From an uncultured Rhodobacteraceae bacterium (lineage in GTDB: Bacteria > Pseudomonadota > Alphaproteobacteria > Rhodobacterales > Rhodobacteraceae): a stretch of 64,000 bases of DNA. Positions 17,707 through 27,823 of this stretch are shown piece by piece (position 1 is the stretch's first letter; the number at the start of each line of letters is the position of its first letter). The notes below the pieces were generated by a model that was given only the letters and a program-made list of their open reading frames with translations, ran no database searches and had not been told where the DNA came from. The stretch covers positions 331,364 to 395,363 of the forward strand of contig CANLPZ010000002.1 in the NCBI GenBank assembly GCA_947493145.1, given 5' to 3'. Both the position numbers and the translations under genes were made by a program.

Positions 17707-18984
17707 ATGGCACTTACTCTACTTTTCGTCATTCTTTTCGGCCTGCTTATCGCAGGCGCTCCGGTCGCCGTGGCATTGGGGGTCAGTTCTTTGATCTTCA
17801 TCATGCTGGACGGTTTGCCGAACGTCATCGTGCTGCATAATATGGTGAATGGGATTAACTCCTTTCCATTGATTGCGGTGCCATTTTTCATCATGGCAGG
17901 ACACCTGATGAATTCGGCCGGTATCACCGCCAAGATTTTTGCTTTTGCCCGCGCTACCGTTGGGTGGATGTATGGTGGTCTTGGACATGTGAATGTCGGC
18001 GCAAGCGTGATTTTTGCAGGTATGTCAGGCGCCGCGGTTGCCGATGCAGGCGGGCTTGGCAATATCGAAATCAAAGCGATGCGCGAAGCAGGATATGACA
18101 CGGACTTTTCCGTCGGTATCACGGCAGCGTCTTCGACAATTGGCCCGATCATCCCACCATCCTTGCCGTTGGTCGTATATGGCGTAATCGCTGATACGTC
18201 TATTGGTCAGCTGTTTGCAGCGGGTTTGATCCCCGGTCTGTTGATGGCATTGTCGTTGATGCTGATGGTCGCTGTTTACGCCAAGTTCCGTGACTATCCG
18301 CGAGACGAGCGGTTTAGCTTTGGGTTGTTTTTCAGCACGCTTTGGAGCGCGATCCTGCCCTTGTTCACCCCGATCATTATCGTGGGCGGTATTCTAACAG
18401 GTATCTTCACGCCAACCGAAGCAGCGATTGCTGCGGTGGCTTATTCGTTGTTCTTGGGTCTGTTTGTATATCGTACCTTGAATCCAAAGCGCATTCTTCG
18501 TGTATCTATGGATACAGTGGAAACCACGGCATCTATCATGATGATCGTCGCGGCATCGTCGATTTTTGCATGGATTTTGACAGCCAATCAGGTGGCGCAA
18601 TCCTTTGCTGTGGCTTTGCTGGGCTTTACCGACAACCCTGTCGCCATTTTGCTCATCATCATGCTGATCGTTTTGGTGGTCGGGTGCTTTATGGAAACAC
18701 TTGCAGCCATCACAATTTTGACGCCGGTGCTTTTGCCAATTGCCATGCAGATCGGCGTTGATCCGGTTCACTTTGGGATCATTCTTATCCTGAACTTGAT
18801 GATTGGATTGTTAACGCCGCCGGTGGGGCTTGTACTTTATGTGCTTGCGAAAGTGTCAGAAGTCCCATTCGAGCGCTGTGTGATTGCGACGGCCCCTTTC
18901 TTGGTACCATTGGTGACAGTTCTGATGATGTTGACCTTCATCCCTGCATTGTCGATGTGGTTGCCGAATGCGATCTATCGCTGA
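17707..18984 (+). CDS. TRAP transporter large permease (DctM family)
   Basis: Start moved to ATG 17707 (MALTLLFVILFGLL). 425 aa polytopic protein, clearly paralogous to 9253-10533. Confidence 0.9.
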   Translation: MALTLLFVILFGLLIAGAPVAVALGVSSLIFIMLDGLPNVIVLHNMVNGINSFPLIAVPFFIMAGHLMNSAGITAKIFAFARATVGWMYGGLGHVNVGASVIFAGMSGAAVADAGGLGNIEIKAMREAGYDTDFSVGITAASSTIGPIIPPSLPLVVYGVIADTSIGQLFAAGLIPGLLMALSLMLMVAVYAKFRDYPRDERFSFGLFFSTLWSAILPLFTPIIIVGGILTGIFTPTEAAIAAVAYSLFLGLFVYRTLNPKRILRVSMDTVETTASIMMIVAASSIFAWILTANQVAQSFAVALLGFTDNPVAILLIIMLIVLVVGCFMETLAAITILTPVLLPIAMQIGVDPVHFGIILILNLMIGLLTPPVGLVLYVLAKVSEVPFERCVIATAPFLVPLVTVLMMLTFIPALSMWLPNAIYR

Positions 18985-19034
18985 CGGGTGGTTTGTCCAT
19001 TAAAGAAAAAGAAACTCAGAACCTAAAACCTTTG

Positions 19035-19068
19035 AGAGGCGGGCATATGTCCCGCCTCTTTAATTTTA
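19035..19068 (+). terminator. intrinsic terminator of the second TRAP operon
   Basis: AGAGGCGGG-CATATGT-CCCGCCTCT followed by TTTAATTTT. Confidence 0.6.
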
Positions 19069-19153
19069 GAGGGACTGACCTGTTCGAACTCAACCAAAAA
19101 CGGACTAGAAGACTTCCAAACGTGGAACGCGCTTGACCAAAGCTTGTATAAAC

Positions 19154-19187
19154 AAAAAAAGGCATGGAAATTCTTCCATGCCTTTTT
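19154..19187. terminator. bidirectional intrinsic terminator (ends the nine-gene minus-strand operon)
   Basis: AAAAAAA-GGCATGGAA-ATTC-TTCCATGCC-TTTTT, located 22 nt beyond the FAH-family stop codon. Confidence 0.6.
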
Positions 19188-19208
19188 CGTGTCTCAGAAC
19201 GGCGTTTT

Positions 19209-20051
19209 TTATTCAGCGACGACAGTCTGGAACTGTTCGCCCAGCCCCTCGATGCCAAGCTTCATTGTGTCACCAACTTTCAGGTATTTCGGCGGGTTCA
19301 TTCCCAATCCCACACCCGGAGGCGTACCCGTCGAAATAATATCGCCGGGCTGTAGTGACATATAGCGGGACAAGTAGGACACCACTTTGCTAACGCCAAA
19401 GACCATGGTTTTGGTCGATCCATCCTGAACTTTCTCGCCGTTTAGTTCGAGCCACATCGACAGGTTGGTGATGTCGGCCACCTCGTCTTTGGTCACAAGC
19501 CATGGACCGGTTGGCCCAAATGTGTCGGCTGATTTGCCTTTGACCCATTGACCACCGTGTTCCAATTGAAAGGCACGCTCGGAGATATCATTGATCACGC
19601 AAAAGCCTGCGACGTGATCAAGGGCGTCTTCTTCGGATACGTTTTTGGCGGGCTTGCCAATCACGACGCCCAACTCGACTTCCCAGTCCCCTTTTTCAGC
19701 GCCAGTTGGCAAAATGACATCATCATTTGGGCCACAAATCGCAGAGGTGGCTTTCATGAAAATCACGGGCTCGCTTGGCACGTCCATGCCACTTTCAGCC
19801 GCGTGATCAGCGTAGTTCAATCCAATGCAGATAAATTTGCCGACATGACCCACGCAGGCACCAATGCGTTCATTGCTGTCAATCACTGGTAACGTGGATG
19901 CGTCGATGTCAGCCAGTTTGTCCAATGACGCGGGCAAAAGCGCATCACCAGATAGATCGTCAATGATCGAAGACAGATCGCGAATGGTTCCGTCTGAATG
20001 TTGCATCGCGGGACGTTCGGACCCCACAGGGCCAATGCGCATAAGTTTCAT
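19209..20051 (-). CDS. fumarylacetoacetate hydrolase (FAH) family protein; candidate 2,4-diketo-3-deoxy-6-deoxyhexonate hydrolase
   Basis: 280 aa. FAH-family blocks (ICIGLNYADHAAE, GDIISTGTPPGVG). The specific role is inferred from the neighbouring dehydratase, SDR and lactonase genes. Confidence 0.8.
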   Translation of the reverse strand: MKLMRIGPVGSERPAMQHSDGTIRDLSSIIDDLSGDALLPASLDKLADIDASTLPVIDSNERIGACVGHVGKFICIGLNYADHAAESGMDVPSEPVIFMKATSAICGPNDDVILPTGAEKGDWEVELGVVIGKPAKNVSEEDALDHVAGFCVINDISERAFQLEHGGQWVKGKSADTFGPTGPWLVTKDEVADITNLSMWLELNGEKVQDGSTKTMVFGVSKVVSYLSRYMSLQPGDIISTGTPPGVGLGMNPPKYLKVGDTMKLGIEGLGEQFQTVVAE

Positions 20052-20062
20052 AGGTAAGTCCT

Positions 20063-20956
20063 TTAGTAGTTTTGTTCGGAAAACATCCGAGCTGTCATTT
20101 TCTTTATCTCGGTAAGCGTCATATCATCAGGCATGGCCGTTGGCGATCTAACAAAAGCGGTTTCAAATATGCCTTGGTGCAGTAAAAGATCTTTGTGCAC
20201 ATGATAAAAGAGATCGGCAGATTGGAAACCCAAGCGGCTGACCGGCAGGATACGCTCCTCAATCACCTTGGAGGCGGCATTCCAATCTTTGTTTTGCAAC
20301 AGCTTCCAAACGCGCATGAAGTCGCGTGATTGGCTGGCGAAAGGCATGGTTCCTTGCGCACCGCGCATGAACTCTTCGACCAAAGTCCCCCCACCTGCGC
20401 CGCCCAGTATGGCCAGACGGTCGCCAACCACAGATTTCATGGCTTTGACTTGTCCTACATTCGGTTGGGTTTCAACTTTGATCGTGTCGACCTGCGGCAC
20501 TTCGTCGGCGATGCGCAACGCCAAGGCCGGCGAAATCGGTGATTGCGGCACGTCTTGCAAAATAATTGGAAGGCCCGAAGCGGCCGCAATAGCTTTGAGA
20601 TGCTCGATAACCGCGTCTGGGCCAGTTGCGAAAAAATCCGGTGGCCAGACCATCAATCGGCTTGCGCCGTCAACCGCAGCATCTGCCGCAAATTCGGCCG
20701 CCACGGATGTGCCTGGCGCCGACACATTCATCACCAAAGGCATGCGTTCATCGAGCTGTTGGGCAACTGCGGACAACAGGGCACGTCGTTCAAACCGTGT
20801 CAGTTTGAACATCTCACTTCCGATCGCCAAACCCATCCCATGTACGCCGGATGCAACAACGTGGTCGACTTCACGCTCTAGGCTGTCAAAGTCGATTGCG
20901 CCTGTTTCAGTAAAAGGTGTTAAGAGAATTGGGACAATTCCAGTTAAACCGGTCAT
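20063..20956 (-). CDS. dihydrodipicolinate synthase/DapA-family aldolase; candidate 2-keto-3-deoxy-sugar-acid aldolase
   Basis: Start moved to ATG 20956 (MTGLTGIVPILLTPF), giving an ATGA overlap with the upstream mutarotase gene. Class-I aldolase DapA-like sequence. Confidence 0.8.
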   Translation of the reverse strand: MTGLTGIVPILLTPFTETGAIDFDSLEREVDHVVASGVHGMGLAIGSEMFKLTRFERRALLSAVAQQLDERMPLVMNVSAPGTSVAAEFAADAAVDGASRLMVWPPDFFATGPDAVIEHLKAIAAASGLPIILQDVPQSPISPALALRIADEVPQVDTIKVETQPNVGQVKAMKSVVGDRLAILGGAGGGTLVEEFMRGAQGTMPFASQSRDFMRVWKLLQNKDWNAASKVIEERILPVSRLGFQSADLFYHVHKDLLLHQGIFETAFVRSPTAMPDDMTLTEIKKMTARMFSEQNY

Positions 20957-21285
20957 TGATTTGTCTCCTGTGGGGCAAAGGCAAAAACCTCCGTTAGGGG
21001 GTAGTGCACGGGTCGCCCATCTGAATCTGTTTCCATTAAAGGTGACATTTTTTCCCACCATTTGCGGGTAACATCGTTTGGCGTGTGGGTGTCGTTCGGG
21101 AATGGCGTGTCACGCACTTGAAAGGCATAAACAGTTGTTTTTGATCGAAATAAGAAAAATTGCTGCACGCCAATCTTTTGCATATGTGCCAAAAGTTCGG
21201 GCCAAACGGATGCATGAGCTGCGTCATAGGCCGCTTCGGCCCCATCCTTGAGCCGCATCGTCCACGCACGTCGGTATGGGGTCAT
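20953..21285 (-). CDS. L-rhamnose mutarotase family protein (paralog 1)
   Basis: 110 aa. The pattern RRAWTMRLKDGAEAAYDAAHASVWPELL... KWWEKM matches the RhaM/YiiL family (xYxxxHxxxWPE, WW). Confidence 0.8.
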   Translation of the reverse strand: MTPYRRAWTMRLKDGAEAAYDAAHASVWPELLAHMQKIGVQQFFLFRSKTTVYAFQVRDTPFPNDTHTPNDVTRKWWEKMSPLMETDSDGRPVHYPLTEVFAFAPQETNQ

Positions 21286-22445
21286 TTTTTCACCAGATTA
21301 TCGTTGATGTGATCCCAAATGATTTCATATCCCAGTCCCGGTGTTTGGGGCAGGGCGACGTAACCTTGTTCGTCCATTGGATCGCAATTGTGTTTTAGAT
21401 AGGGGTGTTTGGCGTCATAATCGACACCCGGCGCAAGCAGCCCCTTTTCGTACCATTCGCTTGTGTCTTCATGGGTGGCCCCCATAACGTGTAAGTTCCC
21501 CCAGCCTGCCATGTGGACCTCGCATCGCTGTCCGTAGGCTTCGCATACGATGGCTGTTTTGCGACACCCTGTGACGCCACCACGGCGGATATCCATGCGG
21601 CTCATGTCTGACGCACCTTGCAAAATCCACTCGGCGCGGGTGAAGACACCACCCGCAGCAATTTCCGGCGCAAGGATCGGTATCGAAAGCTCTTTGCAAA
21701 GGCGCCGATAGGTTTCGACACGATATTCCGGCATTGGGTGTTCGTACCAATAGAAATCATTGCGCTCCAATTCGCGCCCGACTTTGATGGTTTCTTCCAT
21801 CGTGTGGTAGGTGCCCCACACATCATACATCAGAACCATATCGGGCCCGACGGCCTCGCGTACCAGATTGATCGTTTCGATATCTGCGCGAATGTTGGAT
21901 GGACGTCCGTTAGTTGGCGTTCTGGTTTCAGGATTCCAGAAATAATGTGGGTGAATTTTATAGGCTTGATACCCTTCCGCCTGACAGGCCAATGCGTGTT
22001 CGGCGTAGACCTCAGGCTGCCCAATATTGGGGTAGGTCGATGCATAAGCAGGGACCTTGTCGCGCGCACCGCCCATAAATTTATACAGCGGCATTCCCGC
22101 GCAGTTGGCGGCCAAGTCCCATAGCGCACAGTCGATGACGCTTTGGGCGACTTCGGGGATGTTGCGCACCCACATCCATTTCCAAATCAACTCGCGATCA
22201 AATGGGTCGGCCCCAAGGATCATATCGCGCACCTGACCTTCGATCAGGCGTTGCTCATCTGGGCTCATGCCATCTTGGTCACCATGTTTGCCGCCGCCAA
22301 AGAAATGCCCGACCGCGCCTTCATCGGTTTCAATGCGCGTGATGGTTTGAATAACCTCGGCGTTTTTCTTTAAGCGTGCATGCCCGATGTCCCAGCGATC
22401 AGCGTGGGTTTTGAACCGGATGACTTTTACGTCGCTAATCTTCAT
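21282..22445 (-). CDS. enolase-superfamily (mandelate racemase/muconate lactonizing type) acid-sugar dehydratase, specificity unknown
   Basis: Start moved to ATG 22445 (MKISDVKVIRF), 1 nt after the ATPase stop. Metal-ligand blocks MYDVW / WYEHP / APEI and a C-terminal CEVHM segment. Confidence 0.8.
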   Translation of the reverse strand: MKISDVKVIRFKTHADRWDIGHARLKKNAEVIQTITRIETDEGAVGHFFGGGKHGDQDGMSPDEQRLIEGQVRDMILGADPFDRELIWKWMWVRNIPEVAQSVIDCALWDLAANCAGMPLYKFMGGARDKVPAYASTYPNIGQPEVYAEHALACQAEGYQAYKIHPHYFWNPETRTPTNGRPSNIRADIETINLVREAVGPDMVLMYDVWGTYHTMEETIKVGRELERNDFYWYEHPMPEYRVETYRRLCKELSIPILAPEIAAGGVFTRAEWILQGASDMSRMDIRRGGVTGCRKTAIVCEAYGQRCEVHMAGWGNLHVMGATHEDTSEWYEKGLLAPGVDYDAKHPYLKHNCDPMDEQGYVALPQTPGLGYEIIWDHINDNLVKK

Positions 22446-22446
22446 T

Positions 22447-23511
22447 TTAGGTGTCGTCAGTTCTAAGGGACATTTCGGTTTCCGCATCAAAGCAATGCAA
22501 TTTACCTGGTTCAATTTGCAGGTGCACCGTATCGCCTGGCGCAACAGAAACACGATCACGCGTGGTGAGTGTGATATCCGTATCGGCCGTACGCAGCATC
22601 AGTTGAGTTTCTGCACCTGTGGGTTCAATAACCACCACGCGGGCAGCAATGCCTTGATCCGCCAGTCGAAGATCCTCTGGACGCACGCCAGCAATAACAG
22701 CGCGGCCTTCTGCGATGCCATCTGGCAAGCCTTGGATGACATCACCGTTGGGGGTTTGGATCGCACCGCCTTTTGCAGAACCTGGGAGAAAGTTCATAGC
22801 GGGCGATCCAATGAAACCGGCTACAAAAACGCTTGCTGGCCGGTCATACAATTCAAGTGGCGATCCAATTTGTTCCACATGGCCGCCGCGCATAACGACG
22901 ATTTTGTCGGCCATAGTCATGGCTTCGATCTGGTCGTGCGTGACATAGATCGTGGTGGTCTTGAGGCGCTGGTGAAGCTCTTTGATTTCGGCGCGCATCT
23001 GGACACGCAATTTGGCGTCAAGATTTGAAAGCGGTTCATCAAACAGGAACACTTTTGGGTCCCGAACGATGGCACGACCCATTGCAACACGTTGACGTTG
23101 GCCGCCCGACAACTGGCGTGGATAGCGATCCAACAGGGGAACCAGATCCAAAATTTCGGCAGCATCTTTGACTTTGCGGTCGATTTCGCTCTGGGCTTCT
23201 TTCGCCAATCGCAAGGAAAACGCCATGTTTTTGGCAACCGTCATGTGCGGATAAAGCGCGTAGTTTTGGAAAACCATCGCAATATCTCGTTCTTTGGGCT
23301 GTCGCTTATTGATGATTTCCCCATCCAGTGAAATTTCACCGTCAGAAATGGTTTCCAACCCCGCGATTGAGCGCAACAACGTGGATTTACCGCACCCTGA
23401 TGGGCCAACCAAAACCGTGAATTCACCGTCGGCGATATCCAAATCAATCCCGTGCAAAACTTCGACGGCACCGTAAGATTTTCGAATATTTGTAAGTGTG
23501 ACAGATCCCAT
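22447..23511 (-). CDS. CUT1-type sugar ABC transporter ATP-binding protein (MalK/UgpC-like)
   Basis: Start moved to ATG 23511 ([14 protein letters not shown]), with GAGGGAGGC upstream. Walker [10 protein letters not shown] and signature [10 protein letters not shown]. Confidence 0.9.
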   Translation of the reverse strand: MGSVTLTNIRKSYGAVEVLHGIDLDIADGEFTVLVGPSGCGKSTLLRSIAGLETISDGEISLDGEIINKRQPKERDIAMVFQNYALYPHMTVAKNMAFSLRLAKEAQSEIDRKVKDAAEILDLVPLLDRYPRQLSGGQRQRVAMGRAIVRDPKVFLFDEPLSNLDAKLRVQMRAEIKELHQRLKTTTIYVTHDQIEAMTMADKIVVMRGGHVEQIGSPLELYDRPASVFVAGFIGSPAMNFLPGSAKGGAIQTPNGDVIQGLPDGIAEGRAVIAGVRPEDLRLADQGIAARVVVIEPTGAETQLMLRTADTDITLTTRDRVSVAPGDTVHLQIEPGKLHCFDAETEMSLRTDDT

Positions 23512-23515
23512 TGGA

Positions 23516-24673
23516 TTAGCCTCCCTCTTGGATTTGGGCGGCCGTCTGGATATTGGCCATAATTGATTGTGGTGGATGGTTGCCAACTGTGGACTGGGGC
23601 ACAGTTACGGCGCCATTGGATATTTCTGGGCGCGGACCCAGAAGTTCATAAAGAAGTGAGCTTTCCCCGCGATCCACACATTCGACCAATGTGCGGCCCT
23701 GACGGGCAGCGGCAACAGCCAAAGCCCAAGGTTGTTCACAGGTGTTATGCAAGATAACCGGCGTTTTATTGGTTTCAGCGAGGTCTAAAATGCGCAGAGT
23801 TTCGGTGATGCCACCGGCCCATGCGATGTCAGGTTGCAGCACACCGACAACGCCACTGCGCAAGAGATCGGCACAATCTGCATAAGAGAAGGCAAAGTTG
23901 CCAAGTGCGAGATCAATTTGGGGATCCATTTCGCGGCGAATTTTTTGTAAACCTTCGAAGTCTTGCGGATGGATCGGATCTTCGATCCAAGAGATCGGCA
24001 GATCAGCAGTCGCCTCTGCAAAGCGAAGCGTGTAATCAGCATCCCATGCCAGAAAAGCATCAATCATGATTGGTGTGTCAGGACCCGCAGCTTTTGCGAA
24101 TTTCCGCATCAGGGCAACGTTTTCTTTCAGGCCTTCTTTGCCGCTTTCAGGTCCATAGGGCGCGGCAGCCTTCAATCCGGGCCACGGGCCATTGTTCGCA
24201 AAGGCCTCGGGGCGCGCGGTTGTCATATAGACCGGCAGCGTGTCTGTTTTCGCCCCGCCCAAAGTATCCACAAGGGATTTTTGTTCGGACTTCGCCTTTA
24301 GATCCCAAAGTGCAATATCGACCCCAGCAACGGCCATCATGGCAAAGCCAGAACGATCATTCGGCAGCAGGGCTGCTGTCATTTGATCGTTTAGTATTGC
24401 AAGATCATCCAACGTTTCGCCTTCAAGCAAACGGGCAAGATGTGCGTTGACGATTAAGGCCACAACTTCACCACCGTTTGTTGTACTCCAACCGACAGAA
24501 CCGTTGTCTGCTTGGATGCGCACAAAAACTTTCTTTGTGGGCCACATCCAACTGGACCGGTTTGCGGCAAACCGTGCGAATTTAGACATCGGCGATGCAA
24601 TCCGTGTTGTTTGCAACGCTTGCTTTTGAAAGCCGACATCAATCGCATAGGCTGTGATGGATTGAATTTTCAT
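23516..24673 (-). CDS. enolase-superfamily protein resembling L-rhamnonate dehydratase
   Basis: 385 aa. The N-terminal segment [17 protein letters not shown]...[19 protein letters not shown] resembles E. coli RhmD (IATPMSKYRDYEQSRQS...VEVEAENGQTGF, recalled). Ligand blocks are MIDAF / WIEDP / LGNF. Confidence 0.7.
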   Translation of the reverse strand: MKIQSITAYAIDVGFQKQALQTTRIASPMSKFARFAANRSSWMWPTKKVFVRIQADNGSVGWSTTNGGEVVALIVNAHLARLLEGETLDDLAILNDQMTAALLPNDRSGFAMMAVAGVDIALWDLKAKSEQKSLVDTLGGAKTDTLPVYMTTARPEAFANNGPWPGLKAAAPYGPESGKEGLKENVALMRKFAKAAGPDTPIMIDAFLAWDADYTLRFAEATADLPISWIEDPIHPQDFEGLQKIRREMDPQIDLALGNFAFSYADCADLLRSGVVGVLQPDIAWAGGITETLRILDLAETNKTPVILHNTCEQPWALAVAAARQGRTLVECVDRGESSLLYELLGPRPEISNGAVTVPQSTVGNHPPQSIMANIQTAAQIQEGG

Positions 24674-25527
24674 CCCTTTACAGCTCCGGCCAGCAACCCA
24701 CGTGTGAAGTACCGTTGACCAAAGAAGAACACCAACATGATTGGCAGTGCGACAATGGTTGCGGCGGCTCCTACGAATTGGAATTCAAGCGTGAAGAGTT
24801 CAACAAAGCTTGCCAAACCGATCGTAACGGTTTTGTTTTCGTTGGATTCCAATAGGATCGACGCAAATGCGAATTCTGACCACGCGCCCACAAAGTGCCA
24901 CATAGCCGCGGTGATCAATGCAGGTGTCGCTAACGGCAGAACCACCATCGCCATGCTTTGCAAACGGCTTGCACCATCCATCATCGCGCTTTCTTCCAGC
25001 TCTCTTGGGATTTCACGTAAAGAGGAGGCAATGATCCAAGTTGCAAACGGCAAACCAAAAGCAGAATAAAGGAGAACCAGTCCGATTGTGCTGTCTTGCA
25101 ATCCCAACGTGGTCATCAAACGGTAGGTTGGCAGCAAGAGTGCGGCGCCTTGAAACATCCGACTGACCAATAATCCGCCCAGGATCAGGTCTCGGCCAGG
25201 GAAGTGTAGTCGCGCAAAAGCGTAGCCCGCCAACGTCCCGAAAAAGACCACCAGAATGGTCGAGCTGATGGCAACAAAGAAGCTGTTCCCAATCAATCGC
25301 GGCCAATCCAGCAGCTGACCCTTTTGGTGGGTCGGGGAGAAAAGCGCCTTATAGGCGTCTAACGTGGCGGATTCAGGCCAAAAAGAAATGGGTAATTGTG
25401 CCAATTCCGATTGGGTTTTGAACGACGCCAGAAACAGCCAGAAAATGGGGAACAAGATATATAGCGCGATCACCAAGCCGATGATGCTTAGCCCGATCCA
25501 ATAGAAAGTACGAGGTGTCTCGTTCAT
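24670..25527 (-). CDS. carbohydrate ABC transporter permease (MalG-like)
   Basis: Start moved to ATG 25527 (MNETPRTFYW), giving an ATGA overlap with the upstream permease. EAA-type loop (ESAMMDGASRLQSM). Confidence 0.85.
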   Translation of the reverse strand: MNETPRTFYWIGLSIIGLVIALYILFPIFWLFLASFKTQSELAQLPISFWPESATLDAYKALFSPTHQKGQLLDWPRLIGNSFFVAISSTILVVFFGTLAGYAFARLHFPGRDLILGGLLVSRMFQGAALLLPTYRLMTTLGLQDSTIGLVLLYSAFGLPFATWIIASSLREIPRELEESAMMDGASRLQSMAMVVLPLATPALITAAMWHFVGAWSEFAFASILLESNENKTVTIGLASFVELFTLEFQFVGAAATIVALPIMLVFFFGQRYFTRGLLAGAVKG

Positions 25528-26405
25528 TTCGAACCCTCCGATGCCCAAGAACGGCGGTTGATGTAAAGGTAAAGTGCAACAATGGATGCCAGCATAACCA
25601 AGTTGATAACGGACATGGCTGATGCGATTCCCCAATTGAAGAACTCAAAACTCTGTTGATAGATATACGTCGCCATGATTTGGCTAGAGTTTGCAGGTCC
25701 ACCGCCTGTCATGATCCAAGGCAGTGCAAATTCTGCGGTGATCCAGATCATCGAGATCACAGTGACCGCTGTAAGCGAGAAGGCGATGTTTGGGATAACC
25801 ACAAACCGGAAGCGTTCAAACGCTGTTGCACCGTCCATTCGGGCCGCTTCGATCTGATCGTCTGGAACAGAACGAATCGCAGCACAAAGGATCAACGCAA
25901 CCAATGGCATTTTGCGCCAGATGAGCACCACAACAAGGGTCCACATCACCAAATTAGGATCGCCAAGGAAGGAAATTGTTTCTTCGGTTAATCCCGTGGT
26001 TTCAAGAGTTTGGCCAATGATGCCGACTTGACCATGCAGCATCCATTTCCAAGCCATTGCAGTGACAACGTCCGGTAAAACCCAAGGTAAAAGGATAAGG
26101 GCGCGGAGGCCCGTTGTCAGACGACTGTCGACAGACAGGAACGCGCCGACCCCCAATCCGACCAATACGCACAGAAGCGTGCCGCCCAAAATCCAGATTG
26201 CGGTGTTTTTTAACACCAGCCAGAACACCGGATCAGCGGTAAGCGCCGTAAAGTTGCTGAACGTGCCAAATCCACGTTCTTGCCCCATTACAATCTTAGT
26301 CAGGCTTAACGTCCCAACATTGTAGGTGGGCCCGATGACGAATGCCAAAACAGCAATCACTACAGGTAATATCATGAAATACGCCAATAGGCGGTCGTTT
26401 TGCAT
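25524..26405 (-). CDS. carbohydrate ABC transporter permease (MalF-like)
   Basis: 293 aa with six hydrophobic spans and an EAA loop (EAARMDGATAFERFRFVVIP). Confidence 0.85.
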   Translation of the reverse strand: MQNDRLLAYFMILPVVIAVLAFVIGPTYNVGTLSLTKIVMGQERGFGTFSNFTALTADPVFWLVLKNTAIWILGGTLLCVLVGLGVGAFLSVDSRLTTGLRALILLPWVLPDVVTAMAWKWMLHGQVGIIGQTLETTGLTEETISFLGDPNLVMWTLVVVLIWRKMPLVALILCAAIRSVPDDQIEAARMDGATAFERFRFVVIPNIAFSLTAVTVISMIWITAEFALPWIMTGGGPANSSQIMATYIYQQSFEFFNWGIASAMSVINLVMLASIVALYLYINRRSWASEGSK

Positions 26406-26440
26406 GGTCTTCGGGCCCCTCTGTTTTTTGTGCTCGGAAA

Positions 26441-27757
26441 TTAGCCGCGGATCAGGTCGATCTGCGTTTGAGCGGCTTTCGTCGCTTCCGTTAGTGCTTC
26501 CAATGGTGTTTTCTGGCCAAGGACCGCTTGCTGGATGGCTGTGCCCAATGCGGATTCAATCGCAGAGACACCAATAAAGCGTGGCATTGGCGCCGCGCCT
26601 TCAAACAGCGAACCTTCGTTGTAGGCTTCGACCCAATTTGGCCAAACTTCCGCCAGCTCTTCGTTGTCCCAAGCGGCTTTACCGGCTGGAATACGTGCGA
26701 CTTCAGGTTGCCCGCCCCAAATTTCAAGCTGTTCGTTCTGTGACCAGAAATCGAGGTATTCAACAGCGGCTTCTGGGTTCTTCGCGCGCGAAGACACCAT
26801 CAAAATTGCGGTTGGATCCATAATTGCGTTCACAGGTGCGAAGCTGCCGCTTGCGGTGTCTGGACGTGGCATTGGAACACCGGTCCAACGGACATCTTCG
26901 GAAACACCCCAAGGTGTGTTCAACCAAGACAGACCAATCCACATCGCGGAACGACCCTGTCCAAACAACTGTGCTGTGTCACGGAAGAAGGTTTCGGTCA
27001 AAGACGTTGCAGCCGGCGTGGAGCCATCAGCAATCAAATCAACATAAAGCTGTAGCGCATCAACGACGCCTGGATCGTCCAGTGTAACTTTGCCGCTCTC
27101 TTCATCAAAGATTCGACCACCGTTTGCATAGGCGATGCCTTCAAAGATGTTGATATCCACAGGTGCGGTTGTTGCTGGGAAGGCAAGACCAGGACGGCCT
27201 GGCTTGGTCATTGCTTTTGCGTATTCGCGCAGCTCGCTCCAAGTCGCTGGTGGGCGATCAAATCCGGCTTCCTCAAGCGCATCAAGGTTCACAGCCAAGA
27301 AACTTGCCATGTCAACGTAGGTTGGCAAACCATAAAGCTTGCCGTCGTGCATGCCGGAATTCATAACCTCTGGAACAAGGCGATCTTTCCAACCGTCAAT
27401 CTTGTCTGCGGCGATGTCATCCAACGGCTGAACCATGTCGAAGCCCACGAATTCTGGGATGTCCTGACCAAAGGCGATGATCACATCCGCAAGGCGACGC
27501 GTTTGGAAACCTGCTAGGATTTTCTGACGGCGAATCTGGCCGTTGAAATAGGAGTAGTTCAGATTGATGTCTGGATTGTCAGCGGTGAACGCTTCATTGC
27601 GCGCGGCCCACTGCTCCACTTCAGTCGGCGTTCCTCCGAACTTCCAAACTGAAAGATCGCCAGTACCGGCAAATGCGCCAGAAAAAGGTGTCGCAGTTGC
27701 CAGTGCTGTTGCGGCGGTAGTGCCAAGGAACTGGCGGCGACTTATTGAGTTCGTCAT
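26441..27757 (-). CDS. extracellular solute-binding protein (family 1) with Tat-type signal
   Basis: Start moved to ATG 27757 (MTNSISRRQFLGTTAATALATA), with GGGAGGAAG upstream. First gene of the operon. Confidence 0.85.
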   Translation of the reverse strand: MTNSISRRQFLGTTAATALATATPFSGAFAGTGDLSVWKFGGTPTEVEQWAARNEAFTADNPDINLNYSYFNGQIRRQKILAGFQTRRLADVIIAFGQDIPEFVGFDMVQPLDDIAADKIDGWKDRLVPEVMNSGMHDGKLYGLPTYVDMASFLAVNLDALEEAGFDRPPATWSELREYAKAMTKPGRPGLAFPATTAPVDINIFEGIAYANGGRIFDEESGKVTLDDPGVVDALQLYVDLIADGSTPAATSLTETFFRDTAQLFGQGRSAMWIGLSWLNTPWGVSEDVRWTGVPMPRPDTASGSFAPVNAIMDPTAILMVSSRAKNPEAAVEYLDFWSQNEQLEIWGGQPEVARIPAGKAAWDNEELAEVWPNWVEAYNEGSLFEGAAPMPRFIGVSAIESALGTAIQQAVLGQKTPLEALTEATKAAQTQIDLIRG

Positions 27758-27803
27758 AGTCTTCCTCCCTAAAAAAGGCGCATCCTCCATGCGCCAAAAC
27801 ATC

Positions 27804-27823
27804 AATGATATACGTACATCATT
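27804..27823. promoter_or_regulatory. candidate LacI-family operator (near-perfect 20-bp palindrome with central CG)
   Basis: AATGATATACGTACATCATT has 18 of 20 positions self-complementary. A related second site, AATGATACTCGTATGTCAATT, lies at 27847-27867. Both are in the SBP/lacI divergent region. Confidence 0.4.

Noticed and set aside
20268-21071. 267-aa plus-strand ORF opposite the DapA-family gene (with nested 70-, 112- and 60-aa ORFs)
   Set aside because: The sequence is Ser/Ala/Pro/Arg-rich and low in complexity, with no recognisable motifs. It fully overlaps a gene with clear family signatures and 4-bp operon coupling. Shadow ORF.
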